From Styela clava (lineage: Eukaryota): a stretch of DNA of 64,000 bases. Position numbers and translations under genes: made by a program. Below the pieces are notes generated by a model that saw only the letters and a program-made list of their open reading frames with translations, was not told the DNA's origin and made no database searches. Location of the stretch: NCBI RefSeq assembly GCF_964204865.1, contig NC_135262.1:4402001-4466000 (forward strand). Direction: 5' to 3'. This document shows, one piece after another, positions 62,355 through 64,000 of this stretch. Position 1 is the first letter of the stretch. Every line of letters begins with the position of its first letter.

Positions 62355-63998
62355 ATGGCAAAGGTTTCGGATAAAGAGTTTGATTTGGATATTGATGTAA
62401 ATGAACACAATGCATTGATGATGGAAAAAATGCATAGTATGAGGAAAGACGGACAACATTCTGACCTCGTCATCAAAGTAGGAAGTGAGGAGTTCCTGGT
62501 TCACAAGAACATGATGTCAGCGGGTTCTGATTATTTCGATGCGATGTTGTCACATGATAACTTGGAGACCAACACAGGAATTGTTGACATGCAAGATGTT
62601 GATGTGGAATCAGTAAAGGTTTGCATTGATTACATTTACACTGGAAAAGCTTCAATTACCTTGGAAAGAAGTGAACAACTACTCCATGTTGCAACTTTGA
62701 TGCAGTTGTCAGTACTTTGTGATAAGATAGCTGAGTTCCTCAAAGCTAAGTTGGATGTGAAATCATTTCTCATCATCAAACAAATTGCTTCTATGTTTGA
62801 AATTCAAACATTAATAACAGCTTGTGATGATTTTGCATTGTCTAATATGGGAGCAATTTCTCAGGAAGAATGCTTCAATGAATTGGATGTGGAATTCATC
62901 TCTTTCATGGTTGGATCGAAAAATTTATCTTATTCTGAGGATTCTAAACTTGCTGTTCTTCTGCAGTGGATCAAAGCTGATATTGACCAACGAAGGAAGC
63001 TTCTGGTTGAAATGATAAATTTAATAAACCTGAACAATGTTTCTTATCGATATGCAACATTCTTAGTGGAAAATGAAAGACTGTGTTCTGAATCACCTGT
63101 GATTTTGAAATTATTGTTTCTCAAAATGGCGGAGAAGTTTGGCGTTGAAGGAGCATCTGCAGAAATCCCCGCTAGTGCATCTGAATTCAATGCTTTTGCT
63201 GTTTTTGACAAGACTTCCAAAACAATAAATTCATTCTATCCAGAAAAAAGTGAATGGCAGGAATTAAAAAATCTGCATGATAGTATGATAAACAGCAATT
63301 ACACTGCTGTCATGGTGAAGGATTTTATCTATGTTTTTATTGGTAATTGTTCAGTATATCGAATTAATATTTCTGAACCAGATTCAACTTGGAATAAAAT
63401 TGCTGATCATCAATGTCACCATGGTCAATATTTACGAGCAGCAGTTTGTGATGGATTCATTTATTTGTGTGACAAGGAAACATTGGACGAGTACAATATC
63501 AGTCAAAACATGTGGACGGTGGTAAAAAGTGAAAAAATTACGCTATACAATTGTACTTTAGTTGGACTGCAGGAATCACTTTATGTAATAGGAGGTTTTT
63601 TAAATGGTAGTTTATCCTCAGTGAGTCGATATTCACAACAATCTTCTTGGTCTTCAGTCAAAGCGATGAATGTTCACAGGCAAAATCCTGCTGCTACTGT
63701 TTATGGAAATCGAATATTTGTAGCAGGCGGATTTGATGGTGTATATTTATCTAGTACAGAGTTCTATAATCCACAAACAGATTCTTGGACAAATTTATCA
63801 TCCATGACTGTTCCTCGGGGTGGTTTTTGTCTTTATGCTGTAGAAAACAAACTATTTGCAATTGGAGGTAATAGACAGGGATCAAAATCAATTGAGAAAT
63901 ACAATTTTGAATCAAGTCGTTGGGAGCATCTTATGAATTTTCCAGATAATATGGATATTGCTCCACGAGCCAGTCTGGCATTTAAACTTCCACCATAG
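62355..63998 (+). CDS. BTB-BACK-Kelch protein K6
   Basis: Intact paralog ending TAG at 63996-63998. Confidence 0.95.
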   Translation: MAKVSDKEFDLDIDVNEHNALMMEKMHSMRKDGQHSDLVIKVGSEEFLVHKNMMSAGSDYFDAMLSHDNLETNTGIVDMQDVDVESVKVCIDYIYTGKASITLERSEQLLHVATLMQLSVLCDKIAEFLKAKLDVKSFLIIKQIASMFEIQTLITACDDFALSNMGAISQEECFNELDVEFISFMVGSKNLSYSEDSKLAVLLQWIKADIDQRRKLLVEMINLINLNNVSYRYATFLVENERLCSESPVILKLLFLKMAEKFGVEGASAEIPASASEFNAFAVFDKTSKTINSFYPEKSEWQELKNLHDSMINSNYTAVMVKDFIYVFIGNCSVYRINISEPDSTWNKIADHQCHHGQYLRAAVCDGFIYLCDKETLDEYNISQNMWTVVKSEKITLYNCTLVGLQESLYVIGGFLNGSLSSVSRYSQQSSWSSVKAMNVHRQNPAATVYGNRIFVAGGFDGVYLSSTEFYNPQTDSWTNLSSMTVPRGGFCLYAVENKLFAIGGNRQGSKSIEKYNFESSRWEHLMNFPDNMDIAPRASLAFKLPP

Positions 63999-64000
63999 TC

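Larger units (their letters stand above)
27670..64000 (+). repeat. Tandem segmental array of [GST exon 2 - Kelch gene - BTB fragment] units, likely continuing beyond the window
   Basis: Homologous spacers recur. Unit starts at about 27670, 33740, 41820, 47300, 54885 (deleted unit) and 59950. Confidence 0.95.

Noticed and set aside
27873-63998. KEAP1-Nrf2-GST functional cluster
   Set aside because: I see no KEAP1-specific features in these Kelch proteins, and the GST copies are disabled. Co-duplication explains the linkage.

Overview
AT-rich, intron-containing eukaryotic (invertebrate) DNA. The repeat families and the lectin type suggest an ascidian/tunicate, but that is inference. The left third (1-21 kb) is TE-rich and holds a 4-exon secreted C-type lectin gene (minus strand, 6926-9986) and a neuralized-type RING E3 ligase with a single coding exon (14906-17200). 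Next is a glutathione S-transferase kappa gene (exon 1 at 21362-21558, exon 2 at 27873-28347) with a second, frameshifted copy of exon 1 inside its intron. From about 27.7 kb to the window end runs a head-to-tail array. Its basic unit is [3' end of GST-kappa intron + GST exon 2] - spacer - [intronless BTB-BACK-Kelch gene] - spacer - [truncated 5' end of a different Kelch gene]. All six Kelch genes are intact. Their BTB domains are nearly constant, while differences concentrate in the propeller loops. All four duplicated GST exon-2 copies are disabled. The array shows a younger higher-order duplication (about 18-19.6 kb), a chimeric Kelch gene, and transposon presence/absence markers that order its history. 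The best candidate for an undescribed system is a recombining, diversifying repertoire of Cullin-3 substrate adaptors.
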